Positions 17,501-25,644 are shown, counted from the stretch's first letter. The stretch: DNA of 52,087 nucleotides from Limnohabitans sp. (GCA_009693225.1 SHXP01000001.1:1-52087); one strand, 5' to 3'. Made by a program: numbers and translations. The notes: generated from the sequence alone by a model not told the origin.

Positions 17501-18757
17501 AGACAAGACATTGCTGCTGCCGCTTAACTGGCTATTGATCTTTTCTACCACTTGCTCGTAGGTCATGTCGTCCGCGTCCAATTGGATGGTGCGGTTTTGA
17601 ATCAGCGTGCCATCAGCATTAGAGGCTGTGATTTGAAAGGTTTGCTGCCCGGCGAAGTTAAAAAAGCGTTCGTCACCAAATTTACGGTTCAAGACATTGG
17701 TGAATTCTTTGGCTATCTCAGTACCTGACAAAGCAGGCAGATCCAACCCGGCCAAGTGGTCTAAGCCCACGGTCACAGGTGTACCCGTTCCGTCGACATC
17801 GATTTGAAACAGCTCTTTCAACTGAGAAGATTGCAAGACGCTGAAGTCAATGCCTTCCAAAGTGCTCAGGCGTGGAGCCTTACCGCCAGTGACAGTCGCG
17901 GGTTCTGAACTGCGCAAGTCGGTCAACTGGTTGAGCGAGAATTTTTGTGTTTTGGCATTAACCAGCAAGTCGCCGACTTCGCTCTCGGGCTTAAGTTGCC
18001 CGTATTTGTTCACGTACACACGCTCGCCCGTATGGTCTGTCGATTGTTGCAACGCAGCGGCAACCAAGGTTTCACCCACATAAACATAGGTTTGCCATTT
18101 GTTGTTGGGGTCGGCCTGGCTCGCATTTTGTGTTTTGGAGTAATACACCGTTGCCAGGTAGCCATTACCTCCCTTGTCATACACGGTCAACGCGGTGCTT
18201 TTGTTATAAGAAGCGGGGTCATTGCGGTTGAACGCCCTGGTCACCACTTGCGCATCGGCAGGAAAGTTCAAGCCCAATTGCACCACCGAGGTTTCTTTCG
18301 CCATGCCGGTGGTTTTTTGTGGAATGGTCAGCACGTTCAAGTCACTCAAATTGGCTTTACCGGTCGAGTCCACTGATGCCGCCATCAATCGCTGGCCTGC
18401 CGAGTTCACCACGTTGTACTGGTCATTCATCATGAACGATCCATTGCGTGTGAAAATGTCCTGGAATCCGTCAGCGGATTTCAGTGGAAAAAAACCGTCA
18501 CCGGAAATCGCCAAGTCCAATGTGTTGGACGAGAAGTTCATATTGCCCTGACCAAACTCCTGCGTTACACGTTTAAGCGACACGCCTTGACCGATGGTAG
18601 ACGTCGCTTTTTGCAATGGCGACGTCGCAAAAATGTCACCGAAGTCTGCGCGGCTGCGTTTGAAGCCCACGGTACTTGCGTTGGCAATGTTGTTCGATGT
18701 CACACCCAATTGCGCGGTGGCTGCATTCAAACCGGTGAGTGAGGTAAAAAATGACAT
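14543..18757 (-). CDS. flgE: Flagellar hook protein FlgE (giant, 1404 aa)
   Basis: MSFFTSLTGLNAA...SNNIANASTVGFKRSR; LDLAISGDGFF; ERANVDLTQELVDLITEQRNFQANAK; about 950 aa of inserted sequence. Confidence 0.96.
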   Translation of the reverse strand: MSFFTSLTGLNAATAQLGVTSNNIANASTVGFKRSRADFGDIFATSPLQKATSTIGQGVSLKRVTQEFGQGNMNFSSNTLDLAISGDGFFPLKSADGFQDIFTRNGSFMMNDQYNVVNSAGQRLMAASVDSTGKANLSDLNVLTIPQKTTGMAKETSVVQLGLNFPADAQVVTRAFNRNDPASYNKSTALTVYDKGGNGYLATVYYSKTQNASQADPNNKWQTYVYVGETLVAAALQQSTDHTGERVYVNKYGQLKPESEVGDLLVNAKTQKFSLNQLTDLRSSEPATVTGGKAPRLSTLEGIDFSVLQSSQLKELFQIDVDGTGTPVTVGLDHLAGLDLPALSGTEIAKEFTNVLNRKFGDERFFNFAGQQTFQITASNADGTLIQNRTIQLDADDMTYEQVVEKINSQLSGSSNVLSNVSFSDTPKPGEFRGYTMTIDGIVISNRIDLGTTLSTKPMEDLASKIQTRMQLDLQQRLGFTAEAASKVTVNVQNGNEVRVNDANGGTISDFSLSSISSGAQNNIVNKKFLTGVNAVEIGDYDSMTLQISNSAGSQTVTLDLGDTDPSDMDVLAQELQDKTQAKLIELGWSTFEASQVTIFEDPDVTAKLIISDIGGHKIQSFALTPRNTGTTPFPTAPAGASGESNITLSGVDFGAEPVDAESLLSHFSSVKFTTTDALGSLTSTIALSSASFPSLTGVTPIPSYATFDPTNADHMELIAADIQTLLRATAKGANTSIAWDASTNAFIVTDSSGNFMSELSLTADTINYPTLSKGGSSVIVEVVTDTDGNVITPSSFTLSNVSFPMGTTPTGAEFNTFDFSLEDGTTLTNVALEDLTLSSTPINDLAIRLQEKIRAALNAEDPDVYDTDRVGKIIVSVTNGKDLKITDSSGVTNITGFSLNAASATASTVSVGAKNFAITALPTDNMVTASYDPVTQKFNFEPVLGNSITLSGLNNQMGITTPLTQEVGSDMLSISGSPSITNNYIRPLKLQRYGMKVEYDTVNEKFIFKSGTTGDYSSIKINNPNTFSSERLGIAADGNYEVKPSILAVRGIASKPAVMLGSPLGINANNNFSVNLTNNKFVVSVDDVKGTVYLEPKETYTIDSFVQALQNAINRLAGPSDQHGLTGSMVSGVKVDYDKATNSLKFITGTASTNSFIKVSGDSQWGLANVEGGRGNTSTWIKPTQYTQTVNGVEVAMYIDEFGKETFSPDGFKNLPEWSPIFLEKGELTFDTSGNLVSPKQGSQLDTVFLPDGKGALTININYSKSTQFSSPYAVLSQSQDGAPEGDLVGLSIGDDGLVNASYSNGAQRSLGKVVLVNFSNPTGLRQIGDTSYYKSASSGSAKYGEAGSAGFGTVRSGATERANVDLTQELVDLITEQRNFQANAKAIETSTTLTQSIIQIRA

Positions 18758-18792
18758 GTGTTAACTCCGTTGTATGTGCTGTGTGGGTTTGA

Positions 18793-19491
18793 TTAGTAAG
18801 CAATGCGCTTGACGTCAGCCATGTTGACGCTCTTGCCACCGTCAACTTCAAGTAACCAGGTGTTGTCACCGGTACCGGCGTTGGACACGCTGCGTACAGT
18901 TGACAAGGTATTGACCGTGGGTTGCAGTGCTTTACCCATGCTGCTGGCAAGTACCTGCATGGTGTAGGTGCCGTCCGGCATGGCTGCTCCGTTGTCGTTG
19001 TAGCCATCCCAGCTCAAACGCATGGGTCCTATAGGCTGGGATCCGAAAATCTGCTTTCGTACCAGTTGGCCTTTTTGATCAAAAATCTTCATTTGCACGC
19101 CATCTGCGCCGGTGGCGAGGTCGACATTGGCTTCAACCGGTTGTCCACCCAGCAAAATCAGAGGACCGTTGGGAACCGCTACTCTGCGACCGATCATTGC
19201 AGCACCGGCGAGCATCTTGTCGCCTTCCATGCTCTTGACCATGGTCTCCATGCTGTTCTTCATGGAGCTGGTCGCTTCAAGCTGAGAGAACTGCGCCAAC
19301 TGTGCAACAAATGCCTCGTTTTTCACTGGATCCAAAGGATTCTGATTTTTCAACTGTGTGGTGAACAATGTCAGAAAAGCGCTCTGGTCCATTGTGTCGG
19401 ACGGAGCTTTAACCTTGTTCTTGGCGATGTAGTCTTCGTAACTGACGATACCGTTGGGCAAGGGTGCTTTGACTGCGCTGGGGGTGGCCAT
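18793..19491 (-). CDS. flgD: Hook capping protein FlgD
   Basis: FLTLFTTQLKNQNPLDP...FVAQLAQFS; WDG..DNG..MPDGTY. Confidence 0.96.
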   Translation of the reverse strand: MATPSAVKAPLPNGIVSYEDYIAKNKVKAPSDTMDQSAFLTLFTTQLKNQNPLDPVKNEAFVAQLAQFSQLEATSSMKNSMETMVKSMEGDKMLAGAAMIGRRVAVPNGPLILLGGQPVEANVDLATGADGVQMKIFDQKGQLVRKQIFGSQPIGPMRLSWDGYNDNGAAMPDGTYTMQVLASSMGKALQPTVNTLSTVRSVSNAGTGDNTWLLEVDGGKSVNMADVKRIAY

Positions 19492-19510
19492 ATCAATGTG
19501 CTTTCAGTGA

Positions 19511-19939
19511 TCAGGATTTGGTGATTTCAAGGGTGCGCAACATCAATTGACGAGCGGTGTTCACCACTTCAACGTTGTTCTGGTAGGATCGTGAAGCGGC
19601 CATCATTTCGACCATCTCCTGCATTTCATTCACGTTTGATAAATAGATATAGCCTTTTTCATCGGCCGAAGGATTACCCGGGTCGTACAAGCTGCGTATA
19701 GGTGTCGGGTCATCTACCACCTGATCCACTTTCACACCACCAATGTATGGGAAGCCGGAGTTGGTGAACTCGTCCTTGAGCAGCGCCTTAAACACAGGGC
19801 GCTTCGCGCGGAACGCCTCTCCTTCGGTTTTAGCGACGGTTGAGGCATTGGCCAGGTTGGATGCGGTGGTGTTCATGCGCACCAACTGCGAATTGAGGGC
19901 GGTGCCGGCGATACCGAACACACTGTCAAGGGTTCTCAT
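19511..19939 (-). CDS. flgC: Rod protein FlgC
   Basis: RMNTTASNLANA; YDPGNPSADEKGYI.LSNVN..EMVEMMAASRSYQ. Confidence 0.97.
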   Translation of the reverse strand: MRTLDSVFGIAGTALNSQLVRMNTTASNLANASTVAKTEGEAFRAKRPVFKALLKDEFTNSGFPYIGGVKVDQVVDDPTPIRSLYDPGNPSADEKGYIYLSNVNEMQEMVEMMAASRSYQNNVEVVNTARQLMLRTLEITKS

Positions 19940-19945
19940 GGCTTA

Positions 19946-20329
19946 TCACTCCCCTTTCAAGGCTTTGCGGATACCGCCGATGCGGTTTTCCAGAAAATTC
20001 AAGGTGGTCTGGTAATCAGCAGCTGCCTGACCGAACTGGGCCTGCTCGACGCTGATCTCGACGGTGTTGCCGTCAAAGGAACTGTTGAATGGCACGCGAA
20101 AGCGCTTGCCGTCATCCGGTTGTTCTTCCAGCGCCGCGTAATGCTTGGCATGGGTTGCCGAGATGTATTCGCGGCTGGTTTCCTTGAGCATGGCTTTGAA
20201 GTCCAGCTCTTCGGCTTTGTAATTAGGTGTATCGGCGTTGGCGATATTGCGTGACAACACTTCCAGGCGCTGACTGCGCACGCCCAAAGCCCGCTCGTGT
20301 ATGCCAAAGGCTCCACTGAATATATCCAT
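19946..20329 (-). CDS. flgB: Rod protein FlgB
   Basis: LSRNIANADTPNYKA..LDF; DGNTVE. Confidence 0.97.
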   Translation of the reverse strand: MDIFSGAFGIHERALGVRSQRLEVLSRNIANADTPNYKAEELDFKAMLKETSREYISATHAKHYAALEEQPDDGKRFRVPFNSSFDGNTVEISVEQAQFGQAAADYQTTLNFLENRIGGIRKALKGE

Positions 20330-20406
20330 CGCACACCTCCCCGGTTGTTGTTTCCGCCGTTTTCACGACACCTGACGCTCAAGTTGAGACACCTCCGGTC
20401 GATTTG

Positions 20407-20422
20407 TGCAATTTATGTGCCA
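20407..20422 (-). promoter_or_regulatory. sigma54 promoter of the flgB-L operon
   Basis: Minus strand TGGCAC-ATAAA-TTGCA, a perfect -24/-12 match. Confidence 0.92.
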
Positions 20423-20465
20423 CCTGCTATCTGTCAAACTTTGTGATGCTGGTATTCATGTGCGG

Positions 20466-20511
20466 CGGCAAGTCTTTTCCGTCAGGCCTGCAGGTCGGCA
20501 ATGGCTTGCCG
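20466..20511. promoter_or_regulatory. Paired enhancer-like palindromes upstream of the flgB promoter
   Basis: CGGCAA-gtct-TTTCCG (20466-20481) and CGGCAA-tggc-TTGCCG (20496-20511). Confidence 0.65.
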
Positions 20512-20512
20512 C

Positions 20513-21685
20513 TTACCTGACGTAATCCTGGTTCAGATAAGCGCCTATGCGCAAAGCCTGGGCGCGGCTGACGGCGTTGGTCGGGGTCGGCAGATTGACG
20601 GCAGGCAGGGTGTTTTGCGCTACGGTGGCACTGGCTGGCGCGTGACGCCCCAGACGCTCGAGCGCATTCTGATACAGGCCTTGCATGATGGAGTTGCGCG
20701 TGATGGGCGCGGACTTGTCGCGGTTCACATACAAATGCGTGGCCTGACTGCCCGCGATATTCAAATTAGCGTCAGGCGCTTTCTCGCGCCGCGCCGCCGG
20801 TGTCAACACCGTCAGGTACAAGTCGTCCAGGCTGGTCGGGCCGCCGCTGCGCAAACCGGTTTCGTCAAAGTACTTGGACACCATGTCTAACTGCTGCAAG
20901 ACACTGTGTCCCAGAATGGCTTGGGGGTTGCTGCCGAAGCCGGCGCTGGCGGCGCCGCGATCCGGGCCGTCGCAAAACTGGATGATGCCGTGGCAGCGGT
21001 TATTGCTTGCCTTTGGGTTCATACCGTCGCTCTCCATCAGTGTCAAGCGGGCAAAGTCATCCGGCGCGAACTGATAAGTACGCGACATGGTCAATATCTT
21101 GTCGTGGACCTGTTGACGTTCTTCGGCAGGAATAAAGCCCTTAGCCACTGCGCGGTCCAGGGTTTTTTGCAACACCGGGTGGTTGGACGAGGCATTCACT
21201 GCGCTTTGGCGCATGATGGACACGGTCTTGGGATGCGCTGCCGTGTTCAGCCCCAAAACGCTCTGGGCGGATGCCGGCGTGGTGCCGTTGGCGGTCATGG
21301 CGTTGTTCGGGCTGGCACTGAGCACCGACAGGTTCAGGCGCTGGCCGGGAAATATGCGGTCCGGGTTGCTGATGCCGTTGGCACGCGCGACGTCCTTCGC
21401 GAGCCGGGTCGCCTCGTTGTGCGACACCGTGCGGCCAGCGGCCTGCATTTCCCGTTTGACGATGCCGCTCAAGGTATCGCCCTCCTGCACCGCCACGCTG
21501 GGCACCTGCGGGTTCAGTATCGTCGATGAATTGACACCGGTGCGGCTTTGCAATTGCGCCAGCGTCTGGGCAAAGCCGGTTCTGAATGCATGGGCTTCGA
21601 CCGTCTGCCTGGCCGTCATGGATGCGGTATTTGGATGAGTAAAGCCGGTTTTAACGACTTCTTTGGAATCAATATTTAAGTTCAT
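20513..21685 (-). CDS. LysM domain plus lysozyme-like (lytic transglycosylase) protein
   Basis: LysM VQEGDTLSGI...ANGISNPDRIFPGQRL; catalytic-type LMESDGMNPKA..N...GIIQF...QLDMVSKYF...DLYLTVLTPA. Start uncertain (21790, 21685 or 21619). Confidence 0.8.
   Translation of the reverse strand: MNLNIDSKEVVKTGFTHPNTASMTARQTVEAHAFRTGFAQTLAQLQSRTGVNSSTILNPQVPSVAVQEGDTLSGIVKREMQAAGRTVSHNEATRLAKDVARANGISNPDRIFPGQRLNLSVLSASPNNAMTANGTTPASAQSVLGLNTAAHPKTVSIMRQSAVNASSNHPVLQKTLDRAVAKGFIPAEERQQVHDKILTMSRTYQFAPDDFARLTLMESDGMNPKASNNRCHGIIQFCDGPDRGAASAGFGSNPQAILGHSVLQQLDMVSKYFDETGLRSGGPTSLDDLYLTVLTPAARREKAPDANLNIAGSQATHLYVNRDKSAPITRNSIMQGLYQNALERLGRHAPASATVAQNTLPAVNLPTPTNAVSRAQALRIGAYLNQDYVR
21651..21678 (-). 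promoter_or_regulatory. Possible sigma28 promoter of the LysM-transglycosylase gene
   Basis: Minus strand TAAA-N16-GTCGTTAA; it would imply the start at ATG 21619. Confidence 0.4.
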
Positions 21686-21712
21686 CTGGCACTCTGTAAG
21701 TTGAAAAATGGT

Positions 21713-21728
21713 TGGCATTGAAATTGCT
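21713..21728 (+). promoter_or_regulatory. sigma54 promoter of flgA
   Basis: TGGCAT-TGAAA-TTGCT (GG-N10-GC). Confidence 0.85.
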
Positions 21729-21790
21729 TTGGGTATGGCAGTAACGCCAAAAACGTCAAAACTTTCACACCCTTGGAGACCATCTTGCAA

Positions 21791-22564
21791 ATGCTGTGCC
21801 GAACTTCACAAACAGGTAAATACACCGCCTTGGCGGCACTGGGCTGCGCCGCTGTGCTGCTGGCCGCTGCCTGGCGCCAGGCCGATGCGCAAAACGCCCC
21901 GGCGCCTAACCCGGGCTGGCCGTCACTGGAACTAGGTGCGCGCCAATTTGTCATGGACACCTACAAGCTGGAATCCCCGCTGGTGAGCATCCTGCCGATG
22001 GACAGCCGCATCAAAATCGAAGCCTGCGCCCAGGACATCGTGTTTGACCAGCCTTACGGCAACAAGCACAGCGTGCGGGCGCGCTGCGCGCAGCCGGTAT
22101 GGCAGCATTTTGTGATGGTGCAGATCAAAACCGGCATCGGCGCCCAACTGGCCACGGCCACCCAGAGCAATAACGTACTCAAACAGGTTTGGGTCTCGAC
22201 CCAGCCGATCAAGCGCGGCACCATGGTGCAGCGCGGCATGTTCAAAACCGCTGAAATCAGCGTCCCTGCCCATGAAACCAGGTTTGTCAGCGACGAACGC
22301 GAACTGCTCAACACCGAACTGCTGCGGGATCTGCCGGTCAATACCCCGATCAAGATGCAGGATTTGAAACAGGCGGCCATGGTCAAACGCGGCCAGCAAG
22401 TCATCGTCTCAGTCGGCGGTGAAGGCAAGGGCTTTTTGATCACGGTCAAGGCCGAAGCCCAGCAGGACGGTCTGCTCGGCGAGCAAATCCGCTTGAAAAA
22501 CCCGGAATCGGGCCGATCATTAACGGCAGTCGTCACCGGTGTGAACATGGCTAAAGGCCTGTAA
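21791..22564 (+). CDS. flgA: P-ring assembly chaperone FlgA
   Basis: Signal peptide; MVKRGQQV...ITVKAEAQQDGLLGEQIRLKNPESGR. Start at 21785 or 21791 after GGAG. Confidence 0.93.
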   Translation: MLCRTSQTGKYTALAALGCAAVLLAAAWRQADAQNAPAPNPGWPSLELGARQFVMDTYKLESPLVSILPMDSRIKIEACAQDIVFDQPYGNKHSVRARCAQPVWQHFVMVQIKTGIGAQLATATQSNNVLKQVWVSTQPIKRGTMVQRGMFKTAEISVPAHETRFVSDERELLNTELLRDLPVNTPIKMQDLKQAAMVKRGQQVIVSVGGEGKGFLITVKAEAQQDGLLGEQIRLKNPESGRSLTAVVTGVNMAKGL

Positions 22565-22638
22565 CGCCCTGCCTGACTCCCCAAAAAGAGCAATAAATGA
22601 TTGATTTACACTTTTTCATGATTTTTCAGTGACTTGCC

Positions 22639-22665
22639 TCAAGTTCAAGGAAGTCGAGACGATAC
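22639..22665 (+). promoter_or_regulatory. sigma28 promoter of flgMN
   Basis: TCAA(G)-N15-GACGATAC. Confidence 0.7.
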
Positions 22666-22716
22666 AGTCGATGTAGCACCATAAGTTTTGTGCTCTCCCG
22701 TTAACAAGGATTCAAA

Positions 22717-23034
22717 ATGTCTGATCCCATCCCCAACAACGCAGCTCGGATTTCCAGCTCCAACTCTGCCAGCCGCTCCACGCTGGACAAATTGAACAAT
22801 AAAGCCGTCACCACCAAGTCCGATTCAGCCAGCGAAACCAAAGCGCACGCACGGTCGCAAGGAAGCGATTCTGTGAGCCTCAGCAACGTCAAAGACCGCA
22901 TCGATGCACAGCCTGCCTTCGATCGCGCCAAGGTTGAGTCGATCAAGGCCGCGCTGCAACAGGGCAACTATCCGGTCAGTCCGCGCCGCATTGCCGAAAA
23001 CTTTGTGTCGCTGGAAAAAATGATCCTGGGCTGA
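22717..23034 (+). CDS. flgM: Anti-sigma28 factor FlgM
   Basis: DSVSLS...FDRAKVESIKAALQQGNYPVSPRRIA. Confidence 0.94.
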   Translation: MSDPIPNNAARISSSNSASRSTLDKLNNKAVTTKSDSASETKAHARSQGSDSVSLSNVKDRIDAQPAFDRAKVESIKAALQQGNYPVSPRRIAENFVSLEKMILG

Positions 23035-23044
23035 GAGCAGAAAC

Positions 23045-23467
23045 ATGAGTGATCACGTTCTCCTTGAAGAACCAGGCACGCTGCAACAGGCGGATGCCTT
23101 GGTTGACCAGTTGGCGGATTTGCTGGAACGCGAATTCGAAGCACTGAAGGTTCAAGACCTGGATCAGTTTGAGATTCTGCTCAGCGGCAAAAACCATTTG
23201 CTGTCCGAACTCAGCCGACTGACCGGTGTGACGCAATTGGCAGATGCCGACAAGCTGGGCGCGCACTGGAACGACTTCCGCATCCGCATGCTCGCCTGTC
23301 GCGACATGCACCGGCGCAATGAAATACTCATCATGCGCAAGCTCGACGCCATCCGCGGCGCACTCGAGAGCCTGAATGTCCACGAACCAGCCAGCCCGGT
23401 CGAGGTCTACGACCGTTTAGGTCAAATCAAACGCATACGCAGTTTAAGAAGCTTTACCGAGGTTTGA
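23045..23467 (+). CDS. flgN: Export chaperone FlgN
   Basis: LLEREFEALK...K..LL..L; CRDMHRRNEILI; C-terminal YDRLG; directly after flgM. Confidence 0.85.
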   Translation: MSDHVLLEEPGTLQQADALVDQLADLLEREFEALKVQDLDQFEILLSGKNHLLSELSRLTGVTQLADADKLGAHWNDFRIRMLACRDMHRRNEILIMRKLDAIRGALESLNVHEPASPVEVYDRLGQIKRIRSLRSFTEV

Positions 23468-23767
23468 AGCTTTGGCCTGCTGCTGAGCCTGCGGCTGCTC
23501 TTTTTCATCGCCGGGCTGCATGTCCTTGAGCCAATACACCCACGACAGAATCACGGCCACGGCGGTATACATATCCTGGGTAATTTCCTCGCCGACGTCG
23601 AGTTTGCTGAGCAATGCCAGCAGTTGCGGGTTTTCCGTCACATAAATGCCCTGGCGCTTGGCCTCCTGAATGATGCGCTGGGCCAGTTCGGCCTGCCCCT
23701 TGGCCACGATGCGCGGGGTTTTGCGCTGTCCGTATTCAAGGGCGATGGCTTCAAAAGGGGTTTTCAT
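23444..23767 (-). CDS. Stand-alone FlhB C-terminal-like (EscU/YscU/HrcU family) protein
   Basis: AIALEY...TPRIVAKGQAELAQRII..AK..GI...ENP.L..LL..LDVGEEI...MYTAVAVIL. ATG 23767 after a CAGGAG SD. Confidence 0.9.
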   Translation of the reverse strand: MKTPFEAIALEYGQRKTPRIVAKGQAELAQRIIQEAKRQGIYVTENPQLLALLSKLDVGEEITQDMYTAVAVILSWVYWLKDMQPGDEKEQPQAQQQAKASNLGKAS

Positions 23768-23778
23768 CGGTACTCCTG

Positions 23779-24912
23779 TCAAGCACGTGTATCGATCACG
23801 GAGCCGCGTGTGCCCGAGGCTTCGACGGCACGCGCCAGCGGCCTGGGCGCGTTGAAAATCTGAAACGACTGCAGGTTCAGGCCGGCCGCCCCCAGCTCCA
23901 ACCCCAGATCGGTTGCGCGCTGGCGGGCCATGTCGGCGACATCACCGCGCAAGGCCCACATCACCAGCTCGACACCCGTGCCTTGGCTGATGGTTGTGTT
24001 GAGCCAGATTTCGCCCAGCGTGCGGCTGCGCGAATGGATGTCAACCGTCAAAGGGGGTTCTTCCTGGTTCGGTTTGCGCGGCGGTTTTTGAATATGCAAA
24101 TCGACCGGCTCATGGTCGACAAAGGGCAGCACCACATGCAGGGACAACTCGCCGTTGACCCATTTTTCCGCGCTTTGCGCCTGTGCCGCCTCGAGTTCGC
24201 GTGCAGATGTTTCGAGCTCGCGGCGGGCTTCCTTGTTCACGCCGTCAATGGTTTCCTGCTCCAGCTGCCCCAGGATTTGCCGGACCAGTGATTTCGGGTC
24301 GTCTTCGCCGGGGAATCCCTGGGATAACAGGTTTTCAATGCTGCGCGCCTGTCCCATGACCAGACGCTTGAGCATCATGGGATTGATTTGCGCCATCGAA
24401 CTGCGTTGCTGCAACAAGCGTCTGACCAGGTCGGCCACTTCGTTCTGGCTGCCCCAGGAGGTCAGCGCGGGGTTATTGAGCAGTCGGGGAAAACTCTCAA
24501 AACCGCCGGGCTGTGTCAACAACAGGCCCAGGCTGGTGTTGAGTGAGGACTGCAAGGGGCTGTAAAGGCCGGCGGGATGGTTCACACCGAAGCCGGCAGT
24601 CGCCGGGCTGGCAGCGGGGGCCTGGCCGTTCGGATAGGCCTGAATTAAAAATCCCCAGCCGCCGCCATTGTTGCTGACCCGCAAAAAAGGTTTGTCGCCG
24701 TCTTTGAGTACCCAGCCGTTGGGCAGTTCAAAAGAGAACTCCTTGAGCCACAAACGCACACGCTGGTCCCGCACCTCGGCCACGGCCTGCACGATCTGCC
24801 CGTCGCGCAAACCCAATTGCTGCGCCACCGGGGTCAGCACCCAGAGGTTGCGCAACTCCTGTTGCACCGGAGAAATGCGGTTGGACGCGGAAACAATGTC
24901 TGGACCGAGCAT
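23779..24912 (-). CDS. FliK-like protein (Flg_hook-type C-terminal domain)
   Basis: C-terminal SRTLGEIWL...V.L.MWA...VADMARQR..DL..ELGAAGLNL...IDTRA; the usual partner position upstream of a FlhB-C gene. Confidence 0.65.
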   Translation of the reverse strand: MLGPDIVSASNRISPVQQELRNLWVLTPVAQQLGLRDGQIVQAVAEVRDQRVRLWLKEFSFELPNGWVLKDGDKPFLRVSNNGGGWGFLIQAYPNGQAPAASPATAGFGVNHPAGLYSPLQSSLNTSLGLLLTQPGGFESFPRLLNNPALTSWGSQNEVADLVRRLLQQRSSMAQINPMMLKRLVMGQARSIENLLSQGFPGEDDPKSLVRQILGQLEQETIDGVNKEARRELETSARELEAAQAQSAEKWVNGELSLHVVLPFVDHEPVDLHIQKPPRKPNQEEPPLTVDIHSRSRTLGEIWLNTTISQGTGVELVMWALRGDVADMARQRATDLGLELGAAGLNLQSFQIFNAPRPLARAVEASGTRGSVIDTRA

Positions 24913-24954
24913 GGGCCATGTCCTTGGTGCTTGCCCGCAGCAGGCAATGGGGAT

Positions 24955-25626
24955 TCAGGGAAAACGCACCCAATTGCGTTTGACATCCTGCAAGGGCTGA
25001 TTGTGCCCTGAGTTGTGGGCGACCGCGCCGCCGCCGCCTGCCGGGACTGCCGGCGTAGCGACAGGGGCGGGCTGGTGAAGGGGGCTGTTTACCGGCATGG
25101 GCACGGCCACTTCTGTCGGGCCGCCGATGGTCACCGGGAGCAGGCGTTTTTTAGCTATCTCAAGCGGATCCGGCAAAGAAAGCGTTGAACCGGGGATCAG
25201 GTTTTTGGCATTGCCCTTGGCGAAGGCCTTGGGATTATTTTGCACCAGCGCATCGCGCAATATGTCGCTGCGCAAGGGGGTGCTGCCGTAAAACTTCTGC
25301 AACACCTTATCGACCGTGTCGCCGGCCTTGGTCTTGTAACTGCCGAACTCGGTCAGACCGCTGAGCTCTTTTTGCGGCAGCGGCTTGGCCGGGGGGAGTT
25401 CCACGCTTTTAACCTGGCTCTTGGCGACGGCTTCACTCTTGAGCGCTTTTTTCACCAAATCGCTTTGGGCGTTATCAGCGGGTCCGGGCAATTCCAGGTC
25501 GTTGAGCGTTTTGGGCCACTCCAGCGGCGGCTGTTGCTTGAGGGACTCGTTGGCAAACACCGTCACGCTGACGCCGCCGGACAAGAACACAGCGGCCAGG
25601 TAACAAGTGGTTCTGGACAACAACAT
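24955..25626 (-). CDS. Exported protein with a FimV-type LysM domain
   Basis: Signal peptide; YKTKAGDTVDKV...ALVQNNPKAFAKGNAKNLIPGSTLSLP; Pro-rich tail ending WVRFP. ATG 25626 after an AAGGAG SD. Confidence 0.7.
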   Translation of the reverse strand: MLLSRTTCYLAAVFLSGGVSVTVFANESLKQQPPLEWPKTLNDLELPGPADNAQSDLVKKALKSEAVAKSQVKSVELPPAKPLPQKELSGLTEFGSYKTKAGDTVDKVLQKFYGSTPLRSDILRDALVQNNPKAFAKGNAKNLIPGSTLSLPDPLEIAKKRLLPVTIGGPTEVAVPMPVNSPLHQPAPVATPAVPAGGGGAVAHNSGHNQPLQDVKRNWVRFP

Positions 25627-25644
25627 AACGGCTCCTTCAGGCAA

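Noticed and set aside
21755-21768. FleQ-box-like GTCAAAACTTTCAC, with weaker look-alikes near 20433 and 27386
   Set aside because: Imperfect palindromes with inconsistent spacing; not distinguishable from chance by eye.
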